A DNA stretch of 64,000 nucleotides from Podarcis melisellensis. Its lineage: Eukaryota. The position numbers were made by a program, and so were the translations under genes. Under the pieces are notes generated by a model. The model did no database searches. It was not told the DNA's origin and saw nothing but the letters and a program-made list of their open reading frames with translations. Below are positions 37,060 through 48,955 of the stretch, piece by piece (position 1 is the first letter of the stretch; each line of letters starts with the position of its first letter). The stretch lies in assembly GCA_964234715.1 (NCBI GenBank), contig OZ174291.1; one strand, written 5' to 3'.

Positions 37060-40000
37060 CCTCCAGCCTCAGGTGTGCAGTTTCTTTTTATTTTTAAGAT
37101 ATCACTATGACATTTACATCCCTCTTTTCCTCCAAGGGGCTCACCCTACCCTACCCCAAACATTTGATCCTCACAACAATCCTGTGAGGTAGGTTAGGCT
37201 GACAGAAAGGGAGTAGTGACGCAAAATTACCCTGTGAGTATGTTGGCTGAGTGGGCGGGATTTGAACTCTGGGCCCCCCAGGTCCTAGTCTGACATCTCT
37301 AACCACTACATCACACCGGCTCTTATGCATTACTTTGTAAAAGAGCAGGTAATAATCTCTAGTCCTGTTTTTGTCTCCTGTATTCTCCTGTATTTGGGAG
37401 ACCTGGGTTTAAAGACGCCTAGAACTATCCCATGGCCTTAGAGAAGCCCCTCTCTCCCTCTTTGCCTGTTCCTCTTCCCCAATCTGTAAAATGGGGATGG
37501 TTAGCTGGCCACCATAGTTTAGTCCCTAGAACTGTTTTATCTGCAGAACCCACAGGTGAAACAACAATAATGCAAAACCTTTTGAGCATGTGCAAACTAC
37601 TTTCTTCTAAGACGTGAGGTAGGATTTGTGGATCTGGGACTGTGGGTTTCTGGCCTTCATAGCAAGAAGCAGGTGATCTTGTGGGCACACAAGCGGGGGA
37701 AGATAGCAAGCAGGGTAGGGAAGGAACAGGACAGCTGGTTTCCTAGCTATTCCAAAAAGGGGGCGGGGTGCTGGACAGGGACAGATGAGCTCAGCCAGCC
37801 GCCAGGGTCAAACAATGCAGGATTTGCATCCCATTGTCTGTTTTGTGTGGCTGTCAGGCTGGGCCGTGAATCCTCCAGGCCTGCCAGTACCCTTGTGGGG
37901 CCAGCAAAGTGACTCTTTGGCCCTATACTTGCCTCCCTGTTCCCCCCTCAGAAAGCTGTTTCTCCCAGTCATCCAAACAGGGACAAGCTGAAAAGGTCTA
38001 ACGTGGATTCACAGTTTTGTTGTGTAAACTTCTGGAGTTACACAGGACTCTTCTTCAGGTCAGATGTGGAAATTCGACAGTTAGAAGGCATGGCCATCCG
38101 CTGAGCTTCACCTGTCATTAGTTGGGGCCTTATTCATCTGAACCAACCCTGCACTCCAGAATGGGCTTTTCAAATGCAAGACCCAGCTTTTGAGCCCTTC
38201 ACATAATCAGCAAGAAGAGAACATCTCTGACCAAATGCAGACTGTCTACTCTCCACACCCAGCAAGCACAGGAAGCTTTTACAGGGTCTTAGTAGGACAG
38301 ACATTCCAGGCCAGGCTACTGAGAGCAATGAGTGGTTGAAGCCTGCCAGTCCCCCCCACCCTTGATTATGATCTCCAAACTCTCCACAACAACCCTGGTT
38401 CATCTGTTTTATGTTTTCTTGCATGATAGTTCCCCACCACTACTTTGAAGATCTCTGCTTGCAAAAGAGCTCTGTGGAACTCAAAGAACGGCAGGCCACA
38501 TTCACACTGTACATTTTAAGTGCTATGAGCCACAATTCCCAGAATCCCCTGTGAAGAGCCATTGTTGGTGAAACCACTCAGAACATTGTAGCTCTGTGAG
38601 GGGAATAGAGATCACCTCACAACTCTCAGCACCCTTAACAAGCGACATTTCCCAGAATCCTTTGCGGGGGCCCTGAAAGCCATAACAGTTTATGAAAGGG
38701 AATCATAGTGCTTTAAGTGTACAGTGCGCATGTGGTCCAGGGTTTCAATCTCTGCTCAGCCACCAAGTGACCTTGAGCCGGTCACTGCCTCTCAGCCTAA
38801 CCTACCTCACCGGGTGGTTCTGAGGGAAAATGGGGGAGGGGCGGCAGCCATGTAAACCACCTTGAGCTCTTTGGAGGGGAAAGTGAGATACGGATGTTGT
38901 TAAACGATTAAGAACAAAAACAACAATAAATTCCTCCTCCGGCAACCCAAAGCAATTTGACAGAGAAACAACTGCCTTGCCCTTGATCTTCAGCAATGAC
39001 TGGAACTCCCCACACGCATAAAACACACACCCAGGGTGCCCCCCACCCGCCGCCGCCACCACTGGCTTCCAGTATTTCCTGCCTGCCTGGCCGCCCCACC
39101 CTGCTTGGTATCATCCCAGACTGTCATTAAGTGACTGTTTACTGACTCTCCCAGGCCGCCTTTCCCTCACAATCCTCCCCCAGCCGTTAACAGGGCTGGA
39201 GACGCTGAGGTAGCGGCAGAGTTTAGCAACTGCAGGAAGCTGCTGGATACGAAATCAGGCTCTTGGTCCATCACCCAGCAGCTCAAGATGTGGGCTGGCA
39301 GAGGCTCTCGGGTTGCGGGGGGTGTTTCAGATGGGGAGACAGGCCCACCTGGAGATGCCATGCCATTGGGGATTGAACCCAGGACCTTCTGCAGATGCTC
39401 TGTTACTGAACTATGGCCCTTCCCCCCTGATGCTCATTTTGGGATTACTCAAGGCCACACTTGCTAGCGCTATCGGAGCCCAGGCCCAAGGCCGGCCTGC
39501 TGAGTCCTTGGCTTCTGCCTCCATCTGGCTATCTCGTGTTTGCTGGCACTTTCCCCTTGCGGGTTGTGATAAATAATGATCCCAGTCCCTCATAAAGCCA
39601 ATCTACCCTTCGCAAAAAAGGGAGGCGGGGTGGGGGAATCCCAGCGTCTAAATACAAATACACAAGGCAGCACCATGGGCAAAACACTACAAGTTGGGGG
39701 TCTGAGAAAGGGGCAGGACCAAAGGGGGGGGGAGAGTACCCCTACCCCAGCAAAGTTTGGGGTTGCTTTTAAAAGCTAAGGCAGAAATACGATTTTCATC
39801 AAAATCAAGCTGTAATGCTAAGCATGCTTACTTGACAGCGAATTAGGTTGAGATTTAATCCAGAGAAAATAAATTTAGGATGGGAGCATTCATTTTAAAT
39901 CTTCGATTACTTCTCATTCAGAAATTTGGGGGCACCTCTGCCCCAAAATGCCCTGTTTCCTCTCCACAGTCTCCCCCCCCAAAAAAACAGGGAACATTTT

Positions 40001-40867
40001 ACATATTGCATCTTTGCTGTTATTATTTTGAGTGCTCATAATGATTATAAACAATTTATTTTAAGTGTTGGGAGCAGTTTTGTTCCATTGTATTCCTATG
40101 TTTTGCTAGTTGAACTTCTCTTGTATTGTTGGATAAAAATGCATTGTTATATTTTATTGTAATTGACTTTAACTGTTTTGCAACTGTACTTTTCATCGTG
40201 AATTTTCCCCACCAAATCCAACTGTTATACCACAGGGTCACAAATGTTGCGCCCATAGAGGCCTTCTCTGGTACCTACGGGGCGCAACGCCCCCCCCCCC
40301 AAAAAAAAACCTGGCTTGAAGCAAATTTTCCATTGCAACCAAGAGAACAGGATACACTGTGTGCATGGCAACAATTTATAGTTTGCAAATGTCCCCGTGG
40401 GCCCAAGAACATTGGTAACCCCTATTTTACATGATTTTCCATTGTATAATGTTGTTGTTTATGTGCCCTAGAAAAGTAGTATACAAATGAAAAGGCAGGC
40501 AGGCCAGTCTTACATAGTTTCTGTTCACTTCAGTAGGGCTTGTGCAAGGAGGTAGAGGACCACCCTGGGGCATTCTGCCCTTAGGGAAGGGCTTTAGCTC
40601 AGTGGTAGAGCATACATTCCGGAGGTCCGTTCGTGAGTCGATCCAGGTTGCTGGGAGAAGCACCGTTCTGCACATGTGCAGACGGCAGTAGCAGCTTCTG
40701 TGCATGTTTAGTCAACAGAAGCCACTTCTGTGCTTGCACGAATCACAGCAAACCCAATATTTACTTCTGGGTTTGCCGCGGTCACAAGTCGGATTGTTCG
40801 TGAGTAGGGGCGGTGGTGAGTCGAGGTTGTACTGTACACCAATTCATAGAAAGGACAAAACAATATA

Positions 40868-41085
40868 CAGTCATACCTCGGGTTGAATATGCTTCATGTT
40901 GAGCACGTTACTTCTGGGTTTCGTTGCTCACACATGCGCAGATGCTCAAAATGACGTCACACGCATGCGCAGAAGCGGCGAAAAGCAACGTGCGTGTGCA
41001 CAGACATGCTGTCACTAGTTACGTTTGCTTCTGGATGTGAACGGGGCTCCGGAACGGATCCCGTTCACATCCCGAGGTACCACTG
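40868..41085. mobile_element. pogo/Tigger-like MITE, related subfamily
   Basis: TA|cagtcatacctcggg...cccgaggtaccactg|TA. Confidence 0.8.
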
Positions 41086-41367
41086 TACACAGATCAGCAA
41101 GCAAAGTATCAGAATTAATTAGACAAAACCACTACCAACAATTACAATCAATCATTTAAATCAGGGGTTTCCAAACTTTGGACCACAGGCCATTCAGGAG
41201 GTCCATCGTGTGTCTGTGGATTTGTGATTAAAGAGTCGGCACATCCATCACATTAAAAATTGCTTTTTAACTGTATTATTATGGCTTTTGAATAGTGTAT
41301 ACAATTTGAATATTGTATTACAATTTGCATTATAGGGAATTCAAACTGTAATCCAAGATATAATAAA

Positions 41368-41447
41368 TGTTGTTGTTGTTTAGTCATGTCCGACTCTTTG
41401 TGACCCCATGGACCAGAGCACGCCAAGCACTCCTGTCTTCCACTGCC
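41368..41447 (-). mobile_element. BovB/RTE-type 3' terminus with (CAA)n tail, nested in a hAT-like element (41162-41576)
   Basis: reverse strand gtccatggggtcacaaagagtcggacatgact matches the BovB 3' end motif. Confidence 0.8.
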
Positions 41448-42513
41448 TGCAATTAAAAATCATCCAGCACCTAGCACAGCACATTATAATCACTACAACA
41501 GGCAGAAAAATCATTAAGTGTCCTCCAAGACCCTCAGCAAGTAGTCCATGGGGAGGGGGGAGTTTGGGAACCACTGATTAATAACTGGGAACCACAGATA
41601 AATAATTATAAGCAGCTAATGCAATAATGGCAAAAACATGATATATGAAATGGTTCCACCCCAAGTTAGTGGTTGAACACCCACACACCCACACCCAAAT
41701 AGCAAGAGCAGGTGAAGAACTGGAGTAAACACACTGCAATTAGGAGTTAACAAAGGAAAGCTGTAACAAAATGCTACAGTGGGGAATGCTCCTGTTTAGC
41801 ATTTCTGCCAGTGTGGGTGGTGTGGTTTTGGCCATGTAGTGGCACTCATCCCTGAACATCACCAATAAATGGAATGCCCTGCTGATATTCCTGTGGGCCG
41901 ATGTCCCTGTCTTCCTTGAGGAAAGTACCCCCAAGCTGAGACTTAGACTGGATTCATGCATGTAGGAGGTGCCTCATTCTTTGGAGCTGGTCTAAGCACA
42001 GCAGCCACCCACCCACCCAGCCAGGTAAACAGAAAAGCAAGGCCGTTTGCACTGGGAGCAAAGTGCAACAGGCAACCAAGAGTGACAGACAAGAGAAGGG
42101 AGAGAAGGAACACAGCTTGGGGCTCTTGGAGCCAGAAACCATCTGGATTCAACTGCTGCGTGTTTCAGTTTCCCCCAAGACAGAACAGTACAATCCTGCA
42201 GACAGAGCTCTGGGATTGGATCTGGAGAACCTCCCTTCCACATCTCCAAAGTCTCTGCCGCAGAAATTTTGGCAAGCCAGCCTCACTTTCCCTATCGGAC
42301 AAATGTGAGGAAGAGAAACCTGACTTTCTGGTGCTAGGTGAAAGAACAGAGCCAAGCGTGCTAGAAAACCTTTTCAATTAAAAGGAAGGAAAAGCACTAC
42401 TGATATAAGTGATCAAAAACATTTTAGCAGTGCCAAAGAAGCTGTATGAAATATGAGAGCCATGATCCATTGAATGGTGCACTGGAGCATGAGCTGAGTG
42501 CCTCTCCACAATA

Positions 42514-42739
42514 CAGTGGTACCTCGGGTTACAAATGCTTCAGGTTACAAACTACGCTAACCCAAAAGTAGTTGCTCTGGGTTGCGAAATTTGCCCTAGG
42601 GTGAGAATGGAAATCGCGCAGTGGCGACGTGGCGGCAGTGGGAGGCGCCATTAGCGAAAGCGCTCCTCAGGATAAGAACAGTTTTGGGTTAAGAACGGAC
42701 CTCCAGAATGAATTAAGTTCATAACCCAAAGTACCACTG
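42514..42739 (+). mobile_element. pogo/Tigger-like MITE
   Basis: TA|cagtggtacctcgggttac...gtaccactg|TA. Confidence 0.88.
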
Positions 42740-43641
42740 TATAAGCCTAGGAAGACTCTCTACCTAAACACCACTTTGCAAGCCCCTGCAAAGGTGGAGA
42801 ATATACCCATAGCTCTGTCTAAGGAGTTCCTTCCCAGGAACACGTGGCAGACTTAACATTCAAATCATCCTGTACAATGGTGTTACTCTGCTGTTCCAAA
42901 GGCTGCCAACAACTCTCATCATACTTTGGGGCACAGTGTGCTTGTTGCAAGGCTTCCCCTTGCAGCAGCTGTCAAGACTATTCTGTTCCTGTGCTGCTAC
43001 CACTATGACTCAATAACTTTATTTGTGTGTTTTGGAGAGAAGAGGACAGAATGGCATGAAAGTTCAAGAGCACATGGGTCGAAATTTATTTTACTCCTTG
43101 GATACTTTCCAGTAAAACTGGACAGAAATATCTCCCCCGCCTCTCCCCTTTTCAGTGACCCTGACTATTAGAGATGCTAGGATTTTTCGACCTACTTTTC
43201 TAAAGTTGTCCTGCAAGTATTCCCTACTTTTCCTGGTTAGCGTGAAGTCTCAACTCAGTTGCAGGATTTTATATTGTGTATCTGTTTGCCACCCTGGGCA
43301 ACCTGAGGAGGAAGGATGGATATCAATTCAGTAAATAAAATCATCCTCATCCATTCTTACCCTTCTCCTGCCCCAACCTACACTTCAGCCTTCAAATGAG
43401 TGAACACAGTTGAGTTGTTAGCCTGGCTTGCACCTGCAAAGTATTGAGGGAGGACTCTCAAGCAACTTTTAAAAATGGTTTCTAACTTTGCTTAATTTTC
43501 CCACCATAAGAACCTAAGAGGACCCCTGAAGCTGGATCAGACCAAAGGGGTTTCATCTAGTCCAGCATCCTGTTTCTCACAGTGGCCAAATAGGTGCCTG
43601 CAGGAAGCCTGCAAGCGGAACGTAAGGGCAATAGCACTCTC

Positions 43642-43842
43642 ATTTTTATATATAGTGTTATTTTTCATTTTCAGCTTTTACAAATATTTTGACAAGAAAA
43701 ACCAAATCTTTACAAATCTACTTTACCTTCCCCTTGACTTCCCTCCCCTCCTTTCTGCCATTATTTATTTTATGCCTTTTTCTTACTGCATCTCCAATTC
43801 AAACGTATTTACAAAAATTTCCCTTATTTCCCCTTAATTGCT
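43642..43842 (-). mobile_element. short LINE-like 3' fragment inserted into an older CR1/SINE end
   Basis: flanking 14-bp repeat gcaa(t/g)agcactctc at 43628 and 43843; base composition like the L1 3'UTRs elsewhere in the window. Confidence 0.55.
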
Positions 43843-44203
43843 GCAAGAGCACTCTCCTGACCAGGTACTCCAATGACTGGTATTCGGAGTCATGGCGCCT
43901 CCGATCCTAGAAGTCATATAGTCATACAGCCAGTATGACTAGTAGTCTTTGACAGCCCCGTCCCCCATGTATTTTGGGGAAGTGCCATGTACAAATTTAA
44001 TAAATAAAATAAAAGTACATCAGCCCGCCCACTTGCCTCCATTTTATCTTCACAGCCACCCTGTGATGTAGATTTGGCAAGTAAAAGTTACGTTCTGCAC
44101 ATGCTCATTACTTCCTTTGTCACAAGGCCAAACTGTCGCAATGCAAACAATGCCAGGGAAGCTCAGCCTTGGCAAAACGACAAGCTCCCTGGCACCCCTT
44201 TAC

Positions 44204-44360
44204 CTGCCAGCGCCTTGATGCGAGAGCGCTCGAAAAGCCGGGCCGAGCTGTTCTCATTGTCCCAGTCTTCGTCGGCCACTTCCCAGCGGTTGTTGATGTC
44301 GTTGTACTGCTGCTGGATCTCCAGGCTGTCATAGTCGGTAGGGGAGAGGGTGCTGCTCAT
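44204..44360 (-). CDS. SPTBN2: coding exon 1 (canonical N-terminus MSSTLSPTDY...SRIKALA), 157 nt, ends phase 1
   Basis: ATG at 44360 in GCCATG context; donor GCAG|GTAAAG at 44204; acceptor ctcaag|GCG at 44390 gives a 30 nt leader. Confidence 0.96.
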
Positions 44361-44487
44361 GGCGATTTCGGCAACAGGGCCAACGTCCGCCTTGAGGTGA
44401 AAGAGGGAACAGTGAGAGCCTTCAGGCACAAGGCCAACTCATACCTAACCAAGTATTCTTTTACGTCCATTCTAAAAAATGTATATA

Positions 44488-44971
44488 CAGTGGTACCTCA
44501 GGTTACATACGCTTCAGGTTACACACGCTTCAGGTTACAGACTCCGCTAACCCAGAAATAGTGCTTCAGGTTAATAACTTTGCTTCAGGATGAGAACAGA
44601 AATCGTGATCCAGCGGCGTGGCGGCAGCAGGAGGCCCCATTAGCTAAAGTGGTGCTTCAGGTTAAGAACAGTTTCAGGTTAAGAACGGATCTCCAGAACG
44701 AATTAAGTACTTAACCCGAGGTACCACTGTACAATGGTACCTCGGTTGTTGAAAGTAATCCGTTCTTGGAAAACCATTCAGCTTCCAAAACGTTCAACAA
44801 CCGAGGCGCAGCTTCCAATTGGTTGCAAGAGCTTTTTGCACTCAGAGGAAGCCATGTCAGATGTTCAAGTTCTGAGGAACGTTTGAAAACGGAAGCATTT
44901 ACTTCTGGGTTTTCACTGTTCGAGAACTGAAACGTTCAACAAGGAGGCGTTTGGAAACCAAGGTACCACTG
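44488..44971. mobile_element. two adjacent pogo/Tigger-like MITEs (44488-44729, 44732-44971) sharing one TA
   Basis: ...ggtaccactg|TA|caatggtacctc... Confidence 0.85.
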
Positions 44972-45450
44972 CACGTTTTTCTCTAACCGTTTAGGAGCCA
45001 CAGATCCTCAGCTTTCTTAGGTGACGTACACGCTATCCCGTTAAAGTACATTCAAACCACGTTCCTTTTCTCTAAAAGAATTCTGGGCATTTTAGTTTAC
45101 CCCTCACATACTTAAAATTCCCAGCAACCCTGAACAAACTAAGTGCCCAATAAGATACCTATCCACAGGTCACTGACGCAAAAGCTCTGCTCACATACTA
45201 TGTAAAAGAATGAAAGTTCACTGTTCCCCTCCCTTCTTTCCATTTCCTCCCCTCTTTCTCCCCACTTCTCTTCCCCCCTCAACAAACTGAATGCCACTGA
45301 CCTGTAAGGAGGACTCTGCGATTTGAAAACAGAGACACTGAATGTACTTTGGTTACTCATGAAAAATAAAATATACTAAATCACAAAGCTCAGAGTGAGT
45401 GGGAGTGAGGAGTACTTTGAATGTGCTTTAAAAGTGTAGAGTGTACGCAG

Positions 45451-46219
45451 GTGGTACATGACCCCAGTTAAGCTTGCAAAAATCTATCATTTGCCCGATA
45501 ATAAATGTTGGAAATGTAAAGAAAATGAAGGCACATTCTTTCACCTCTGGTGGACGTGCCCAAGGATTAAGGCTTTCTGGGAAATGATATATAATGAAAT
45601 GAAAAAGGTATTTAAATGTACCTTCCTGAAGAAACCAGAGGCCTTTCTCCTGGGCATAGTCGGCCAATTGGTGCCAAAGAAGGACAGAACATTCTTTATG
45701 TATGCTACAACAGCAGCAAGAATACTCATCGCAAAGTATTGGAAGACACAAGATTTACCCACTTTGGAAGAATGGCAGATGAAGGTGATAGACTATATGG
45801 GACTGGCAGAAATGACTGGCAGAATCCGAGACCAGGGAAGAGAGACAGCGGAAGAAGATTGGAAGAAATTTAAGGACTATCTTGGGAAATATTGCAAAAT
45901 TATTGAATGTTAGAATGATGCTGGATTAGAAATTAAGTTTCAGCTGTAATGATTAAGTAAAAAGAAAAGAAAGGTTGAAAATTAATTGAAAACTAAGGGT
46001 AAGGATTTGCTGAATCAATAATTAGAACTGGAATACAAAAAGGGGAGGTATGAGGAGGTCTGGGAAGTAAGTTATAAGAAAACGAAGGAATGAAATTTTA
46101 CTTGTTTTTAAACTGTTTTTAGTTTTGTATTTTTCTATTTTTTGTGTTAGTGTTTTGTTTTTGTTATTGGTTTTTTTTGTATAACCTTTGAAACTTTAAT
46201 AAATATCTTTTTAAAAAAA
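45451..46219 (+). mobile_element. 5'-truncated L1/Tx1-like LINE (ORF2 C-terminal CCHC zinc knuckle + 3'UTR)
   Basis: CWKC-x7-H-x4-C motif in the 45458-45913 ORF; AATAAA and A tail; 21-bp TSD aaaagtgtagagtgtacgcag (45430-45450, 46221-46241) at a TTT/AAAA site. Confidence 0.9.
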
Positions 46220-46419
46220 TAAAAGTGTAGAGTGTACGCAGCCTTATAGGGAGTCACCTTATACCTGGTTCCTGTAGCGCAATTACACCCACACTAATAG
46301 CAGCAGCAGCAGCAGCTCTCGGGGGGGGGGGGCGGCTTCTGACTGCAACACAGATGCTCTACCACCAAGCCACAGCCCTTCTTCCCCTGGCGTAGTATTT
46401 TCTACACCGACTCTATCCT

Positions 46420-46560
46420 GAGGACAGCTCAGTTGGTAGAGACTGTCAAATCTCAGGGTCATGGGTTTGAGCCCCACATTGGGCAAAGAATTCCTGCACT
46501 GTGTGGGGTTGGACTAGATGGCCCCCAAGGTCCCTTCCAACTCTACAATCCCATGATTCT
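46420..46560 (+). mobile_element. tRNA-Lys-derived SINE, same family as 50715
   Basis: agctcagttggtagag...gggtttgagccccacattgggc...gggttggactagatg. Confidence 0.75.
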
Positions 46561-48746
46561 TCAGGAGAGAAAAAGGAAAGGGAGCCTGAAAAGCTGCCTG
46601 CTAAGATTTTGGGGGGTAAGGGGCAGGAGAGTAACAGTCATAGCCTCACCCAAAGAATCCTGGGAAGTGTAGTTCATTAAGGGTGCTGAGAATTGTTAGG
46701 AGACCCCCATTCCACCCACAGAACTAGAATTCCTAGAGTCCAGGGTGCGAACTTGAATAAAATATTGGGTGGGGTCCAGTAAGCCCCGCTCCACATACTC
46801 AGTTACATGATGTGGTGCACACACACCATTTGAATGGCAATGCCCATTATTGGTGGAGGGGGGCCTTACTTCTATGGGCCAGATCCTTGAAAGGGTCCCT
46901 ATAGGCATCACATCACATAGGTGTTAAGATCCATAGGAATCTTATCTGTGACCAACAGTAGGGAGAAAAAGGGCAGAGGAAGCCTGCCTTACACCACGTC
47001 AAGACTATTTGTCTGCCTTGCTCAATTCTGGCATCAGCTCTCCAGGGTCCCAGCAGAGATCCTTCCCACCACCAGATTCACTAATGGAACGGAGAACCTT
47101 CAACATGCAAAACAGGTGCTCTGCTAATGAGCTGCAGTTGCTCTCTCCAAAGGCCCTTTGTGCAGTTTTATTATTAATAGTAATTGGATTTGTTAATTGC
47201 TTGTTGCTCAAAGGTCTCCAAGCAACTTACATTTGAAAACATAAGCATAAATATGTTCGGTGGTTCTACTTGGGATAGCGTCAGTGAAGGTGCCAGGTGG
47301 ATCTTACTCTTTCCAATCTCTCTCTCTCTCTCTCTCTGCCCCCCGCCCCGCAGTTAGGAAAAATGACTAAGGTTTCCTGAAACACCTTCCAGATGAACAG
47401 ATTCATCACGTCATGCACCGCCATTTATCAGAAGCATCAGATGAAATGAACTCTATAGCACAAAAGCTTATTGTGCCATATAAAATGTTTGCTCGTCTTC
47501 AAGGTACTAAGGGATTCTCAGTTGCTTTTGCTGCAGCAGAGAAACACAGCTAGTCTTCTGGAAGCCTTTTAGAATGTGCACAGTTTTTTTTAAAAAAAAG
47601 TTGTAAAATCAGCTTTTGGCGAAGAGAGTGAGTGAGTGAGAAAGAGAAAATAGAGCTTGCAGTGATGCGGAAAATGTTTAAATCCTGCTCACAGCAGCCA
47701 CAGCCAGCATGCAAAGGGATTTTTGTGGCGCTGCCACAAGCCCGCAAAGTTAGAATATTATCAGACGGACACACACAAACACAGAATACTCAGTGAAACT
47801 TTTAAAGGAAAATTCTCAAAATGCAACATAACCTCTGTGTGTGCATTCACAAATCCAAACGTGCTTCAATTCTATCTGCACTTATTACTTTACAAAATGC
47901 TTTCCATAGGCCTCAGTGCATTGCCAGTAATTCTTTAAGCCAGGGTGGAGAATCTCTGGTCCGGGGGCCAAATGTATCCCTCCAGACCACTCTACTTAGC
48001 CCACTGGGCCACATCCCCTCCTCAGCCACATCCCTCTGTCTCCAGGCTGCTCCCTTAATCAGCTATTAACCACCCCCTGGACCAATCCAACTGGTCTGCT
48101 CCTACTAATTTCATCAGCCATGATGTGCAGGAATCAAGAGGGCATGATGTCAGCCTCACTGCCAAAAACATTCTGCTCACATCCTCCAGCTGCAGCAACT
48201 GAAACTGATCCCATAATAAATTATTTGATGGTACACCAGCGACCTCCAATGGACCAGGGCCAATTGTGGCATCCAATTCAGAATGAATAAAAGTGATCTC
48301 GCCTTCAAAATGGCAAGCAAATCTCACACACAAGACTGCTTTCCTTGTCCGAACCAGCTAGTTGACTACTCTAAACAGCTCTGCTGGGCAATTCCCCAAG
48401 AATGCAGTTGACACCATGTAGCAGGACCGGCTGTGTGTTCATACCTGTTCGGTCAGACTGACTGCACTCTAGCCAACGCCCAGTCCAATTTATTGCCTGG
48501 AGTTCCTCAGAAAACCAAGCAGCATCCTGGACTCCATGTGGCTGGAGCGAGTCCTACTGTGCAGTCCTGTGTGTCTGTCTCCAGGCCACACACCCAACCA
48601 GTCTTCCTCTGCACCATCTTCAAGTGTTTTTGCCTGGCTGGAATATGTCCCTCAATAGCCACTGGCAATGTATCAATACATTGCCTGAAACCAGATTAGA
48701 GATAAAATCATGGGACTAATTTCAGAAATTTCCCATCAGGCAATGT

Positions 48747-48955
48747 AAGTAGTACCTTGGGTTACAGACGCTTCAGGTTACAGAGTCCGCTAACCCAGAA
48801 ATAATACCTCAGGTTAAGAACTTTGCTTCAGGATGAGAACAGAAATCATGCTCTGGTGGTGCGGCAGCAGCAGGAGGTCCCATCAGCTAAAGTGGTGCTT
48901 CAGGTTAAGAACGGACCTCCGGAACGAATTAAGTACTTAACCCGAGGTACCACTG
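48747..48955 (+). mobile_element. pogo/Tigger-like MITE
   Basis: same internal sequence as 44488; ends gaggtaccactg|TA. Confidence 0.82.

Larger units (their letters stand above)
723..44390 (-). other. SPTBN2: SPTBN2 (beta-III spectrin) gene span visible in window; 3' part continues beyond position 1, further 5'UTR exon(s) not located
   Basis: 24 exons with canonical GT-AG sites join without frameshift to 1734 codons; N-terminus MSSTLSPTDYDSLEIQ is characteristic of beta-III rather than beta-I/II/IV spectrin. Confidence 0.95.

Noticed and set aside
39167-39271. MDQEPDFVSSSF... ORF as an alternative first exon
   Set aside because: Stops in frame; the only nearby donor is phase 2, incompatible with exon 2
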